Source: the human T2T-CHM13v2.0 reference genome, Homo sapiens. From it: a stretch of DNA of 64,000 nt. The stretch is taken from assembly GCF_009914755.1 (NCBI RefSeq), contig NC_060936.1. The stretch is one strand, 5' to 3'. Positions 63,521-64,000 of this stretch are shown piece after piece. Under the pieces are notes generated by a model. It was not told where the DNA came from. It was given only the letters and a program-made list of their open reading frames with translations, and made no database searches. Position 1 is the stretch's first letter. Every line of letters begins with the position of its first letter. The translations under genes and the position numbers were made by a program.

Positions 63521-64000
63521 CAGTTCATAAACAAGTAAATCTGAAAAACATCACCTATTGTATTTTCTTTTTAGTAAATTCACAGTAGCATATTCAAGTT
63601 CTGAGATGTCCTGCATTGAGGAGATCTGCTTAACATTGGCTAACCTAGTGCTTCCCAAAGTTATTTGATCAAGCAATTGTCTGTCTTTGCCACACAGAAC
63701 ATGTGGTAAGATTCTGCAGACTTTCCTTGAATAACATCAGTATTAGCATGTTAGAATCTTGTGTGTGTGTGTGTGACTTTGTCGGCCTACATTGGGCAAG
63801 TGACTTGCAGTTGTGCAGTGTTCTGTATTCTGATAGATGTGCTTTTGCTCTTTGCACCTCCAAATACTTCCCCAAATTAAGCCACCATCTTCTTTCATCT
63901 AACTCGTATTCCTGCCTCTAGCCTAATGCAAGCATATCTGCACACCAAATCAAAGAGAGCTAATAGGAAGAATCTGACTGTGCCACTCCCCTGTGTAAAA

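Overview
Primate (human-like) euchromatic non-coding DNA, either intergenic or deep intronic. I found no protein-coding gene, RNA gene, CpG island or CRISPR array. The long ORFs in the track are Alu, L1 or low-complexity translations. About 45 Alu elements or fragments fill roughly a fifth of the window. The rest is 5'-truncated L1PA and older L1M pieces, MaLR/ERVL/ERV1 LTRs (MLT1, MST, THE1, LTR16-like, LTR9, LTR42-like), hAT and Tc2 DNA-transposon relics, and L2/MIR debris, often nested several layers deep. Repeat subfamily names come from recalled consensus features and need RepeatMasker/Dfam confirmation; boundaries of old repeats are approximate. The most notable observations are: (1) three perfect POU octamers (ATTTGCAT) phased 11 bp apart in apparently unique sequence at 60946-60975; (2) a near-perfect 9 x 41 bp VNTR that amplifies a CCAAT/homeobox motif inside an old MLT1-type LTR; (3) three apparent templated-repair scars, namely a ~105 bp inverted duplication, a palindromic-filler duplication, and a 36 bp segment copied from 3.66 kb away; (4) a 143 bp higher-order tandem repeat; and (5) several chimeric or trimeric retroelements.
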